NCBI GenBank assembly: GCA_035221665.1
Contig: CM069131.1
Location: forward strand, 106,826,001 to 106,890,000
DNA length: 64,000 nt
Direction: 5' to 3'
Origin: Okamejei kenojei
Taxonomy: Eukaryota
Shown: piece by piece, positions 36,375 to 49,260 of the stretch
How positions within the stretch are numbered: position 1 is the first letter of the stretch
Layout: each line of letters starts with the position of its first letter
Position numbers and translations under genes: made by a program
The notes under the pieces: generated by a model
Told to the model about the DNA's origin: nothing
Seen by the model: only the letters and a program-made list of their open reading frames with translations
The model's database searches: none

Positions 36375-37169
36375 TGCTCTATTGTATGATGTACTTTGAC
36401 TTGAGTAAACTTTGAGTAAAATGTACTTTGAGTAAAGTTCAATTTTAAGAACCTAGTATCTTAGTCCCATTGATAAAGTACCATTCCTTGGAAGGGTCTC
36501 GACCTGAAACGTCGCCTATTCCTTCGCTCCAGATGCTGCCTCACCCGCAGAGTTCCTCCAGTATTTTTGTCTACCTTCGATTTTTCCAGCATCTGCAGTT
36601 CTTTCTTAAACATTCCATGTAATCAAATGTTTTCTAGTACTGTACTCCCATGTGGCTGAAGCAGCTTAACATCAAATGGAGGGCAGTTTCTACAAACTGG
36701 GCTAGTTAATGCAATAACTTTGTTGTAGTCTGACCTGCTTTTGAATCAAAAAACCTTGCCATTTCCGTTCATTAAATGAAGGATACCGATGCTGAGCCAG
36801 AACTATTCTAGCTTTTTGATCATCAGAATGCGTTTCACATTGGAGTGGTTTTTAACTGAACAGCGCATAAATTACAGAGGATGTGAAAATGTTCAAAACA
36901 CTCAGCAGGTCAGGCAGCATCTATGGAGAGTATTTCTCTCATCGCTGGTCAAATGCAATACAGTTTGAAATGTTGCTCTTCCAGTTTTTAGCTTGGGCAG
37001 ATTTCAAGGCCACTTGACTGGGCATGGAACTGAATATCTGACTATCGTCTCGTGATTGATTGTGTTTATGGACAATGAGAGGCATCGTGTCTTAGATGTA
37101 TCGCTAAGTTGCTTACCTTTGACAATTGTGTAATTTGTGGGCTTACACCGTTAAATTTAGGTGAAGGGA

Positions 37170-38207
37170 TTCAAATTTTCAGACGACACAAAGCTGGGTG
37201 GCAGTGTGAACTGTGAGGAGGATGCTGTGAGAATGCAGGGTGACTTGGACAGGTTGGGTGAGTGGGCAGATGCATGGCAGATGCAGTTTAATGTGGACAA
37301 ATGTGAGGTTATCCACTTTGGTAGCAGAAACAGGAAGGCAGATCTTTATCTAAATGGTGTCAAGTTGGGAAAAGGGGAAGTACAACGGGATCTGGGGGTC
37401 CTTGTTCATCAGTCAATGAAAGTAAGCATGCAGGTACAGCAGGCAGTAAAGAAAGCGAATGGCATGTTGGCCTTCATAACAAGAGAAGTTGAGTATAGAA
37501 ACATAGAAATTAGGTGCAGGAGCAGACCATTCGGCCCTTCGAGCCTGCACCGCCATTCAATATGATCATGGCTGATCATCCAACTCAGTAAAAGGAGCAA
37601 CTCAGTATAGGAGCAAAGAAGTTATTCTGCAGTTGTACAGGACCCTAGTGAGACCACACCTGGAGTATTGTGTGCAGCTTTGGTCCCCTAATTTGAGGAA
37701 GGACATTCTTGCTATTGAGGGAGCGAGCGTAGGTTTACAAGATTAATTCCCGGTATGGCGGGACTTTCATATGCTGAGAGAATAGAGCGGCTGGGCTTGT
37801 ACACTCTGGAATTTAGAAGGATGAGAGGGAATCTTATTGAAACATATAAGATTAGAAAGGGTTTGGATAAGCTAGAGGCAAGAAACATGTTCCGGATGTT
37901 GGGAGAGTCCAGAACCAGAGGCCACAATTTAAGAATAAGGGGTAAGCCATTTAGAACGGAGATGGGGAAACACTCGTTCACACAGAGAGTTGTGAGTCTG
38001 TGGAATTCTCTGCGTCAGAGGGCAGTGGAGGCCGGTTCTCTGGATACTTTCAAGAGAGAGCTAGATAGGGCTCTTAAAGATAGCGGAGTAAGGGGCTATG
38101 GGGAGAAGTCAGGAAGGAGTTACTGATTGGGGATGATCAGCCATGATCACATTGAATGGTGGTGCTGGCTCGAAGGGCTGAATGGCCTTCGCCTGCACCT
38201 ATTGTCT
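37170..38207 (+). mobile_element. 5'-truncated CR1 LINE containing a short antisense CR1 3'-tail insertion (about 37495-37590)
   Basis: KFSDDTKLGG..WQMQFNVDKCEV ORF, then an inverted tail sequence, then the CR1 resumes. Confidence 0.88.
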
Positions 38208-38618
38208 AAATTTGTACTTGGCTTGTCTAGATGAAAATAATGTAATTCCTAAGTAAAATTTTTGCATTTACACAACATTGAATGGTTAATTAAGAGTTAG
38301 AAGTTAGATGCAGAATGTTAATTATTAATAATGTTAAGTATTTTTATGTAAACGTGATTATTTTGTTCAGGAACCTGATATGCATCTGAAAGCCACAGGT
38401 AGAAAATATGTGTTTTCGCTATAGCTTAAAATTCTATTGCCAAAAGTAATTTTTCCCCTCATGCACTTTTTTCACCTCGGGTCATTAATGTGTAAATTGA
38501 TACTTGAAATGCAATCCTATCTGCTGAAAAGGTTAGTTTTCATATTGACCTAAGATTGAATTTATTTTGAGATTGAACTAAGATTGACAATCTTTCTCTG
38601 CAGTGATTTTTCATTACA

Positions 38619-38742
38619 ATGCGGTTGGTTATTCTTGACAACTATGACAAGGCCAGTGAATGGGCAGCAAGTTACATCTGCAATTCCATTGTTCAATTCA
38701 AGCCAGGGCCAGATCGATACTTTACGCTGGGTTTGCCCACAG
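38619..38742 (+). CDS. GNPDA2: GNPDA2 coding exon 1 (exon starts at 38604)
   Basis: MRLVILDNYDKASEWAASYICNSIVQFKPGPDRYFTLGLPT; GNPDA2-type N-terminus; acceptor ctctgcag, donor gtatgt; 124 nt. Confidence 0.95.
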
Positions 38743-39960
38743 GTATGTATTTCTTTTGCAACAACCTGAAATTATTTTATAGTTAACTGATAGTTTATGA
38801 TGAAATATTAAGACCCTAGTAGTATCTGTTTCCCTTTCTACAAATGCTACCTGATGTGCTGAGTGCTTCTGGCATTTTTTTAATAATTACATTCATCTTA
38901 TCTGTGTTCCTCTTCAACCATTTTGGCTCCTATCAGCTGCTGCCTCAAGATTTATCCACTGTCTCAAGACTTAATTTATCTGCATGTGCTAACTTGTAGT
39001 CACTCTTTGTTTCTCCTTTAGGTTGTTGATTAACAATGTGATGTGTATCTACTCTTGGGATTGCCTGCAAGGTCACAAATAGTCTGTTGCAGTTTCGGAT
39101 AGTTATTGACAGAGGGATGTTGCCAATAGGAAGGTTTTAGTCCTCCAAGCATGGAATTTAATGGGATAAATACCAACCAGAAGGATATGATTGGAAATTG
39201 ACTATGTTATGAGGACTAGGGAATTTTAATTAGGAATATTGCTTTTCTTGGAAAATGGGTGGTTGAATGGTGATTTACTAAGGTGCACAAAGGTGAGTTG
39301 ATGAATATGAAAGACCTATCTGACTTAATGAAATCAAAAACCAGGGAGCACACATTTGAGCTATTTTGCAGAGGAAGTAGGATTGACAAAATAGTTACAC
39401 AGGGTGTAAGAGCATTCAACTTGTAAAAATAGTACCACCACAAATTTTAATTGGGTTCAAGGTACTTGAAGTATTACAGTCTACAAAAAAGTGTTTTTCT
39501 CTTGATCATTCTTTTTGACCAGCATCGATGCATTGGGCCAAATGACTAACCCCAGTGTCATAAATTTCTGAAGTAGAATTCTATAATTTGCTAATAGTAC
39601 AGAAATTAATCATGAAATCGAGCAGCGGGCAATGCTGTTCGAATTTCAAAATATGTTTGAACGTTTATCTTCACTTTGATATTACACTTTGTTTCTAAGC
39701 TACTATCTACATTTATAATTGCAAGTGGTAATTAGTTGGCAGTGACACAAATAGACAACATGAACCAAGTGTCTGATATAGAACTTGTGTTTACCATTTA
39801 AGAAGGCAACAATGTTCATAGGAATTCAGCTTTTGATTATTCTTGCACCCTCCAGATAGAGATAAAAGCCAGCTGTGCGTGTTTGCCTAGTTTTCACTCG
39901 AATCGTGAATTAAATAGTTCTTTCTCTCCTAAGTTGCACTTAGAATTGAATGCACTTGCA

Positions 39961-40279
39961 GTTTATGTTTGTTTAGAGGTACAGCGCGGAAACAGGCCCT
40001 TTGGCCCACCAAGTCTACACTGACCAGCAATCCCCGCACATTAACACTATCCTACATACACTAGGGACAATTTACATTTATACCAAGCCAATTAACCTAC
40101 AAACCTGAACATCTTTGGCATATGGGAGGAAACCGAAGTTCTCGGAGAAAACCCACGTGGTCACGGGGAGAACGTACAAACTCCGTGCAGACAGCACCCG
40201 TAGTCGGATCAAACCCGGGTCTCTAGCACTGCAAGCGCTGTAAGGCTGCAACTCTACCGCTCGTTCGCCATGTGCTGCC
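39961..40279 (-). mobile_element. Full-length V-SINE (HE1-like)
   Basis: Reverse complement of the SINEs at 16014 and 18220, with tRNA-like head. Confidence 0.85.
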
Positions 40280-40410
40280 TGATATTTATATTCCCTATAT
40301 TCGCTAGTTAATTGTAAAGTTGCTATAATAAACCTTTTGGCTATTAGTAATGCATAACAAATGCTAACATGAAGTTTAAATGTAAATTAGACGTTTAATT
40401 ATACTTCCAG

Positions 40411-40512
40411 GGAGCACACCTTCTGGATGTTATAGAAAGCTGATTGAATATCATAAAAAAGGCCATCTCTCGTTTAAATATGTGAAGACATTTAACATGG
40501 ATGAATATGTTG
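40411..40512 (+). CDS. GNPDA2: GNPDA2 coding exon 2
   Basis: (G)[33 protein letters not shown]; ttccag and gtgagt; 102 nt; includes catalytic Asp72. Confidence 0.96.
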
Positions 40513-40779
40513 GTGAGTTGCTTAGATTTAAATTCAACAATGTGAAATGAGTTTGTCAGTATTTCAGCAGAATCAAATATTGAGTTTGAAACTGATTTTG
40601 CTAAAACAAATTTAGTCTTGTACGTAACATGTACACACAATCAAACCACAATTGAAAGATTGTACAGGAAAACATTAGTCTGAAATTCAATATTCAGTAA
40701 TTGTTCCAAATTTCATACTACACTGATCTTCAATGAATGCAGATGCATTATTGTCCACTCTCTCCACTATTGTCCATGG

Positions 40780-41820
40780 ACCCAAAACGGCAAGGATTAC
40801 TGGTCCTAATCGCTACAGGCCTGTCACACTGATGTCTATAGTCATGCAGACCCTTGAAAGATTTGTACTGGCCCAGTTGAAAAATACCACAAACCCCCTG
40901 CTGGACCCTCTGCAATTTGCATACCGGTCCAATAGATTGTCAACCTGGGCCTGCACTTCATCCTCGAGCACCTAGACCGCCAGGGGACCTATGCAAGGAT
41001 TTTGATTGTGGATTTCAGCTCTGCATTCAACACCATTGTGCCAGAGCTACTACACTCCAAACTCTCCCAGTTGACTGTGCCTGAACCCCTCTGCAGTGAA
41101 TCACCAACTTTCTGACAGACAGGAAGCAGCTTGTGAGGCTGGGAAAACACATCTTGGACCCGCAGACCCTCAGCATAGGAGCACTTCAAGGCTGCATACT
41201 CTCCCCTCTCCTTTACTCTCTCTACACCAACGACTGCACCTCCACAGACTCCTGTCAAGCTTCTCAAGTTTGCGGACGACACAACCCTGATTGGACTGAT
41301 CCAGGATGGGGAGGAATCTGTCTACAGACAGGAAGTGACACAGCTGGCCTTCATAACAACTTGGAGCTCAATGCTCTTAAGACAGTGGAATTTTATAGTA
41401 GACTAGAAGAGCTCCCCCCCCCCCCCCCACTCACCATCAGTAACACCACAGTCACATCTGTGGAGTCTTAAGTTCCTTGGAACCATCATCTCCAAGGATC
41501 TTAAATGGGGGGGCTACCACCGACTCCAGCTGAGGAAACACAATCTGCCACAGGCAATGATGGTCCAATTCTATATTGCCATCGTAGAGTCTGACCTCAC
41601 CTGCTCCATCATGGTCTGTTTTGGCTCAGCCACCAAGCACAACATCCGGAGGCTGCAGCATGTCGTTCGATCAGCTGAGAAGGTTGTTGGCTACAAGCTT
41701 CCCCTTCCATTGATGAACTGTACATTGCAAGGGCCAGGAAGCGAGCGGGTAAGATCATCCCTGACCCCTCTCACCCTGGCCACAAGCTCTTTGAAGCACT
41801 TCCCTCTGGATGGCGACTCC
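40780..41820 (+). mobile_element. Rex-Babar-like LINE RT fragment
   Basis: YRPVTL..PLQFAYR, DFSSAFNTI, QGCILSPLLYSLYTNDC and KFADDTT motifs, with frameshifts. Confidence 0.85.
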
Positions 41821-42599
41821 GATAGGAAAATAACTTAATATTCTGTATTTCAAATTTCCTGTATTTGGAAATACTATTTATACTGACACTTTTTGCTTCA
41901 GCATAAATTTTCAATCCTGGCATTTTTGGGTTAGTGGCTGAAGCCCTTGAACAGATAAAAGTAATATTTAATAGATGATGAAAAGCTTGAATAATGTAGC
42001 TGGCCTGGAATAAAGTGAGGATTGTTCTAGGGGTTGGGGGGAGGGAGTGGAATTGGACATGAATGTAAATAGTTACCTTTTCCTCCATTTGAAATTTGAC
42101 TTTTGTCTGAAATAGTCTATAGTCTATTGATCTTTGCCTCATCTCTTCTAGTGTTTGTAATCTCTCTCCTAGCAATGTTTATTGTTGGACAATGGCTTTG
42201 GTTTGAGACACATTCCGGTTAATGCTTTTGAACTTTTCAACTGAATGGGGCCAGTATGAGATTAAAATAAGGTTCAGATTAGATTAGTTTATGTTCATAT
42301 ATGCAGTGTGCAATGAAGCTCCAATTAAACAGGTTACATACAACAATGATGAACAGTAGCAAATACAAAGAGCGCAAAGTATCATCATGATGCTAGATTG
42401 TAGTGTAATCTAAAGTAGTGCAAGCGAATATAAAACTACAATATATGAATAATAGGGGGTGTGAATGAGGTGGTTGATTTAGGAGTTTAATAGCAGTGGG
42501 AAAGAAGCTATTCTTCAGTCTGACATCTGGGGTTTCTCAGAAGGTAAATGAAAAAGGGAATGGCTTGGGTGGTAGCAAGCATTCACAAGGTTCTGCGTT

Positions 42600-43690
42600 G
42601 CGGGCTGCTCTGTAGGTTAGATCTCATGGGATCCAAAGAGAGAGCTGAATGGATAGAAAATTGGTTGCATGGAAGGAAGTAGAGGGTGATGGTGGAAGTT
42701 TATGTCTTGAACTGGAGGCCTGTAGCTCGTGGTGTGTCTCAGGGTTAGGTGCTGGACTCGTTACTGTTTGTCATCTACATCAATGATTTGAATGAGAATA
42801 TATACGGCAAGGTTAGCAGTTTTGCAGATGATACCAAAGTAGGTGGTTTTGCAGAAAGCGAAGATGCTTGTGAAAAATTGCAGCAGAATCTTGATCGATT
42901 GGCCAGGTGGGCTGAGGAATGGTTGATGGAATTTAATACAGAGAAATGTGAGGTGTTGCATTTTGGGAAATCTAACATGGGCATGACCTACACAGTGAAT
43001 GGTAGGGCTCTGTGGAGTGTTGTAGAGCAGAGGGATGGTTCCTTGAAGATGGAGTTGCAGGTAGACAGGATGGTCAATAAGGCGTTTGGAACATTGGCCT
43101 TCATCAGGCAGAGTATTGAGTATAGAAGTTGGGAGGATATGTTGCAGTTGGTGAGGCCGCATTTAGAGTATTGTGTTCAGTTCTGTTATAGGAAAGATGT
43201 TGTCAAGCTGGAAAGGGTACAGTGAAGATTAACAAAGATGTTGCCAGGACAAGAGTGTCTGAGCTCTCGGGAGGGGTTGATCAGGCTATGACTATTCCTT
43301 GGAGTGCAAGAGGATGAGGGGTGAGCTTATTGAGATGTATAAAGTCATGAGAGGAATAGATCGGGTATATGCACAGTCTCTTGCCCAGAGTTGGTGAATC
43401 GGGGACATAGGTTTAAGGTGAAGGGAAAAAGATTTACTGGGAATCTGGGGGGTAACTTTTTCACACAATGGGTGGTGGGTGTATGGGACAAACTGCCCAG
43501 AGGAGGTAATTGAGGTAGGGATTATCCCAACATTTAAGAAACAGTTAAGACCGGTTCATGAGTAGGACAGGTTTGGAGGGATATGGAACAAACACAGGCA
43601 GGTGGGACTAGTGTGTCTGGGACATGTTGGCCGGTTTGGGCAAGTTGGGCCAAAGTGCCTATTTCCACACTATCACTCTATGACTCTATA
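42600..43690 (+). mobile_element. 5'-truncated CR1 LINE
   Basis: LFVIYINDL..FADDTK..WLMEFNTEKCEV..LVRPHLEYCVQF plus 3' tail. Confidence 0.88.
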
Positions 43691-44097
43691 GCAGACATCC
43701 TCCTTGATAATGTAACCCACCATGAAGGTGGACTAGATGCAAGGAATTGATAATGGGCAGGAGTGTTCACCACTCTGCAGGCTTAGGCAGTCAGGCAGGT
43801 CAGTATCTATCTTTGGTTTCTACCCCTGGCTCGGATGTATCCTATCAAAATATTTTCTATAGTGTATCTGTAGTTGTTTGACAAAATTCTTGTGCACATG
43901 CCAAATCTTCTCAAAAGCCTGAAATGTGCTTTCTTGATCACTCCCTCAATGTGAAGGACCAGAGTTGATCGCTGTTAATAACGATGCCAAGCAACACAGC
44001 TGTTAACCATCTTTACAGCAGACACAAACCTCATCACAACTCCATTGATGAGTACAGGGCTGCGTTTACTTCCAAACTTCCTTGGGTCAACAGCTAA

Positions 44098-44378
44098 AGG
44101 GCCTGTCCCACTGTATGAGGTAATTCAAGAGTTCTCCCGAGTTTCCCCTGATTCGAACTTGAAGAATTACGGTAATAGCCGCTCGTAGCTACTCGGGGCT
44201 CTCGTGGACATTTTTCAACATGTTGGAAAAAACTTCACGAGCTTACTGCGTTTCCCGAGTATCTGCCGTTACCATTACGAGCCGCTAAGAGACGTCCCGA
44301 GCTCTGACATGCCCGCTAAGTATATTCTACGTACTTACCACACTTTTTTTTTTAAAGTCGTATAGTGGGACAGGCCCT
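44098..44378. mobile_element. PIF/Harbinger-type MITE (281 bp)
   Basis: Perfect 15-bp TIR AGGGCCTGTCCCACT; TAA on both flanks. Confidence 0.85.
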
Positions 44379-45163
44379 TAATTCTTTTGTCTTGCCTTTG
44401 TGAAGGGCTAGGTTGTATTCTTGATACCATGACACAAGGTTCTCGATCTCTTTCCTGTACTGTTGTTGATCCAGCTTATAAGTAGTGTTATTGGTGAACT
44501 GAAAGATTGAGTAAGCTTGTACTTGGCCACACACATGGGTGTACGTTGTTGAGCATTGGGGTGAGCACACAACCCTGAGCAGTACCAGTGTTGAGGATTA
44601 GCATTGAGGAAGCTTTATTATAACTAATTCTAACCAACTGAGGTTTGCCAGTCAGGAAATCCAAAAGCCAGTTGCAGGTAAAGGCTCCAGTGTTTAAATA
44701 CCTCCTGTACATTAAAGCTTTAATTCAGTTTCATCAGTTCTGTTAGTTAAGGGAAAAAGGGAAATTATTTTGGGGATCATCTGTTTGAATTTCAATTTTA
44801 TAAAAATGGACCTACAAAGTAGTAGCTAGACAAAAATGCTGGAGAAACTCAGTGGGTGAGGCAGCACCTATGGAGCGAAGGAAATAGGCAACGTTTTAGG
44901 TCAAAACCTTACAAAGTAGTAGTTGGAGCATGAATTTCACTCGAACAAATACCATTGTTTCCAATATTGTCTATTTTAGCATCAGCTCTATACGGTATAT
45001 TCTGAAGTGTAGGACTGATGTATAGTAACAAATGGTGCTGAAGAAAGCTTTAGTGATTGAAAGCTTCTTTGTTATTTATTTACAACAGTTTACTTGCAAT
45101 CATTCAGAATTTAACATTGTGATTCTTTTTAGGTTTAAAATCTCATTTTATCTTGCTGTTTAG

Positions 45164-45346
45164 CACTTCCAAGAGATCATCCAGAAAGTTACCACTCGTA
45201 TATGTGGAATACCTTTTTTAAACACATTGATATAGATCCAAATAATACTCATATTCTTGACGGTAATGCACCAGATCTGCAGGCAGAGTGTGATGTATTT
45301 GAACAGAAGATTGCTGATGCTGGAGGGATTCAGCTCTTTGTCGGAG
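45164..45346 (+). CDS. GNPDA2: GNPDA2 coding exon 3
   Basis: LPRDHPESYHSYMWNTFFKHIDIDPNNTHILDGNAPDLQAECDVFEQKIADAGGIQLFVG; 183 nt; ag/gt boundaries. Confidence 0.96.
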
Positions 45347-46425
45347 GTACATTTTGTGTTTTAAAGTGTAATCATTCCATATGTATGCCACAAAATGTAC
45401 AAATTGAACTAAAAGCATAATACTGAGAAATAAGGTGCCCAATGCTATTAAATTGTACTCTAAGGCAGTCGAACCTTATGGACGCAAGAATGTCGATGTT
45501 TTATTCTATAACTTAACTAGTGCAATGCAATGTCCATTTCATTGTGCTGCAACATTGTACAAATGTTGTTCCGACGCCATTATGTAAAGTTTACCATTTT
45601 TTTGGGAAATTTGCAGTTGACTAAGTTGACCCTTTCTTTGTTATTTTTACACTTGAGTAGGAATTCAAATGTACTTTACTTGGGAAATGGCTCCACGATT
45701 TAATGATTATATACAAAACACCTCCTCTTTTGTGCCTCAATTGGTAAACCTACTAATTGGAAACTTGCTGGTAGACAAAAATGCTGGAGAAACTCAGCGG
45801 GTGAGGCAGCATCTATGGAGCGAAGGAATAGGCGATGTTATAGGTTGAGACCCTTCTTCAGAATTGGAAATTTGCTGATGATTTTCAAATTATCATCCAG
45901 TAACATTTAGATATGAGAGAAAACTGGTGTTATGTTTCAAATGATCAAATTCAAATATTTTCTATGGTAATGGTGAATTAATATTTTCAGTAATTTGTAA
46001 AATTAGTCAGCCCAGATTAAACACAGTTTTCCACTTTTTAGTTGGACATTCCTTTAGTTGCATATTTATTAATTAATGCCCATTTTAATTTTAGCGTCAG
46101 TTTACACATTATTAAAGTTTCATCTTGCAGGCAGAAATGTTGTTATCTAAAGTAGTACATTTTCACCAAATATTCGTGTGCCAGAATATACAACCCAAAT
46201 TGCCTCTCCACGTAGGGTATAAAGTTTAAAGGCATTTTTCCTTATATTTGTTATAGTTCTAAATGGTAATTAGCTAAAAGTCTACCTTTTGTTTAATTAT
46301 TAAGAATCTTATTAATGCATGGAAGGTTTATAGCTTTAATTTTGCCAAACATTTTAAAATACATGTTTATATTGTTTTGGTATTCAGGCTGTTGTTTGTA
46401 AAATATGTTTACATTTTCTTACTAG

Positions 46426-46610
46426 GCATTGGTCCTGATGGACATATTGCTTTCAATGAACCAGGATCCAGCCTAGTGTCAAGAACAAGGGTGAAAACAT
46501 TAGCAAAAGAGACCATTCTTGCTAATGCCCGATTTTTTGATGGCGATCTGAAAAAAGTGCCTAACATGGCATTAACTGTTGGTGTTGGAACAGTGATGGA
46601 TGCTAAGGAG
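46426..46610 (+). CDS. GNPDA2: GNPDA2 coding exon 4
   Basis: [40 protein letters not shown]; 185 nt; Asp141, His143 and Glu148 equivalents intact. Confidence 0.97.
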
Positions 46611-48270
46611 GTAATATTTACAAATCTGAAAACAATGCCGTTTGGAATTGCAGGACACTTGCTTCTTAATGTGTACTCATTATAGACCAAACATTTAATT
46701 GTTTAGTTTTAGTGGAGATATAATTGTTTGTCATATTCTGAGGAATAATACATGATATAAAAAGGCTAGAACATGAAATATTGTATTTAAAAAATATATA
46801 TATATTTGAAGTTTGTTATTCCCAGACTATTTTGTATGCAAAATCAAGAAAATGGATGATCTGGTAAGTGTCTGAGGTACTGCAAAGTTTACACTCAACT
46901 GAGTGGTTCATTCTGTTCCTTCCTGTTCATTTCCCTGAAGGCAGTTTCCCTGAAGGAATACTTTATTGTCACACGTGACAAGGCACAGTGAAATTCTTTG
47001 CCTGCATACCCATTGTATACGAATAGCCGTTTGTATCTGTGATACGTAATGTGTTTGGAATTTACTGTGCACTAGCAATACATCAATAAGGTCTGATTCA
47101 AAAACATCTTTGAGCGGTTTAGATGTGGAGTTCCTAGAATAGGATACTGTATATTTTATAAGCCAAGGTTTTTAATGTTTTGGGGATCCGCCTGTAGTCT
47201 GCTCGATTTGGTGAAAGAATATAATGCATTGATTATATTAATACAAGCTTCTAAATGGCTATGCTTATATTTTGGGGCAGTCCAATATAGGTACGATGCA
47301 AAAGTCATGAAATAAAATGCGAATAGATTTTCTGGGATATTATCACAAATACAAATTCTGAATTCTTGAAGAGAAACGGGAGCCTTTCAATGTTTCAGAC
47401 GTGATAGGGAGAAAAGAGGTAGAGGAGATGCGCTACTTATCAGGGAGACTGACACAGCGGTACTCAGAGGAAGTACTGGAGGGTTCGTCATCTGAGGCGT
47501 TATGGATAGAGCTTGAAAATAAGAAAAGTGCAAGCACTCTAATGAGATTGTACTGTAGGACCCCAATAGCAAGCACGAGTCAGAGGAACAGATATGTAGA
47601 CGGATTACTGAAGATACCAGAGCAACGGAGTTGTCTTAGTGGGTGACTTTAACTTTCCAATATTGACTGGGATTTAGTTTTTAGAGATGCAGCTTGGAAA
47701 CAGATTTGTGAGTTCACAATTGAAGTAGAGTTTGTACAAATGGATTGGTAAAAATAGAACTTTAAATGTGTGACAAGAAGCGTGGATGTATAATTAACAG
47801 AAATGAAGATAACATGGGCAGGATGGGCAAATTGGTCCAGTTTTTTTAGGATGCCCATTGTTTAGACCTGTTTCCTACTGAGGCTTGAACAATCTGCTGG
47901 TCAACTCAACCTAATATTTATTGGTGGGAAAAAATAGATTAAACTGGAGAATTGTTCCTAGTTAGTGCTTCTTGAAGGTCTGGATTGTGGAGGAAAGTAA
48001 TGTATGGACAGATGTGATCTGCATCCTATATTTTATAGTAACTAAAAGTTCTCCTTAAGCCACACTTCGATTCGTTCAACGGTATGAATAACCAATGTGG
48101 TTTAAGATATGCATATCCAGATATTTATTTGAAAATTAGAAACTAATTTGAACTAAGTTGAAAAATTCAGTCCATGTTTATTGTTCAAATGCTATATTTT
48201 GCTGATAATACCAGTTTCTTGATAAAGATGTATAAGATTAAACTAACAGTTTTGAAACTTATTTTTATAG

Positions 48271-48445
48271 GTAATGATTCTCATCACAGGAGCGCACAAA
48301 GCATTTGCATTGTACAAGGCAATAGAAGAGGGAGTCAATCATATGTGGACAGTTTCTGCATTCCAGCAACATCCACGTACAACCTTTGTTTGTGATGAAG
48401 ATGCTACTTTGGAGCTTAAAGTTAAAACGGTGAAATATTTCCAAG
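48271..48445 (+). CDS. GNPDA2: GNPDA2 coding exon 5
   Basis: [58 protein letters not shown]; 175 nt. Confidence 0.97.
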
Positions 48446-49195
48446 GTAGGTAAAAATGCTTAATTCGGGATAAAAAAATAACAGCTAGTTGTGATTGAGG
48501 CTGGGCCAGGGTTGCATTTTATTCTGGGCATTTTTGGTATTGAGTTTTATATATTAGTGTCTTGCGGATGAGTGCTGAAGAAGCGCATGAACTCCTTCAG
48601 GTGTGCTGTTGATTAAAAAATGAGCATAGACTTGACTGCTCAACTTATTCACTGCAATGATTATTCCAAGTAAACACAATTATTCTTTATGAAACTTGAT
48701 ATAAGCACCACTTTAATGTCTTTCAAATCTAGAAATATGTTGAACCTATTCATGTGACCGTTTTTTTGAACAGGGAATTCATTGTGGTGTTCCAATGAAA
48801 ACTTAAATGTATCATGTTTAAAATGGCCATTTAATTAAAATTGTTTTTTCTCTGTTCTAATATAAACCAAGCCTCAACATAGAATTGTTTTGCATATTGT
48901 TTGCGTGATTTTGTTGAATCGTGTAAGTATTGATCAAAACAGCTGTCATAATTTACCCCATTATTGGAGTGATTCTTCCACAATATGATTGCATCATGCT
49001 TTCACTAACGTAAAAGGTTTATTTGGTGCTGTGCCATGCAAATTGTTTGATTTGCTTTTTTTCCTGTCAATGGTAGTACTTTGTGTTGCTAGTTATTTTT
49101 ATAAGGTGACTTGTGCTTTAATAGAGGATTATGCATTTAATGTATCCTTGTGTGTTTTTAGAGTCCTGCCAACTAATGAAACATTTATTTCTTAG

Positions 49196-49260
49196 GTTTA
49201 ATGCATGTGCACAATAAACTTGTGGAACCATTGCACAGTATGAAAAGCTACAACGACTGA
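49196..49260 (+). CDS. GNPDA2: GNPDA2 last coding exon
   Basis: (G)LMHVHNKLVEPLHSMKSYND*; total CDS 834 nt = 277 aa; short GNPDA2-type C-terminus. Confidence 0.95.

Noticed and set aside
38619-49260. Assignment as GNPDA1
   Set aside because: MRLVILDNYD, YICN, IEYHK.GHL, HSYMW, IDIDPNN, LMHVHN and the short C-terminus match GNPDA2
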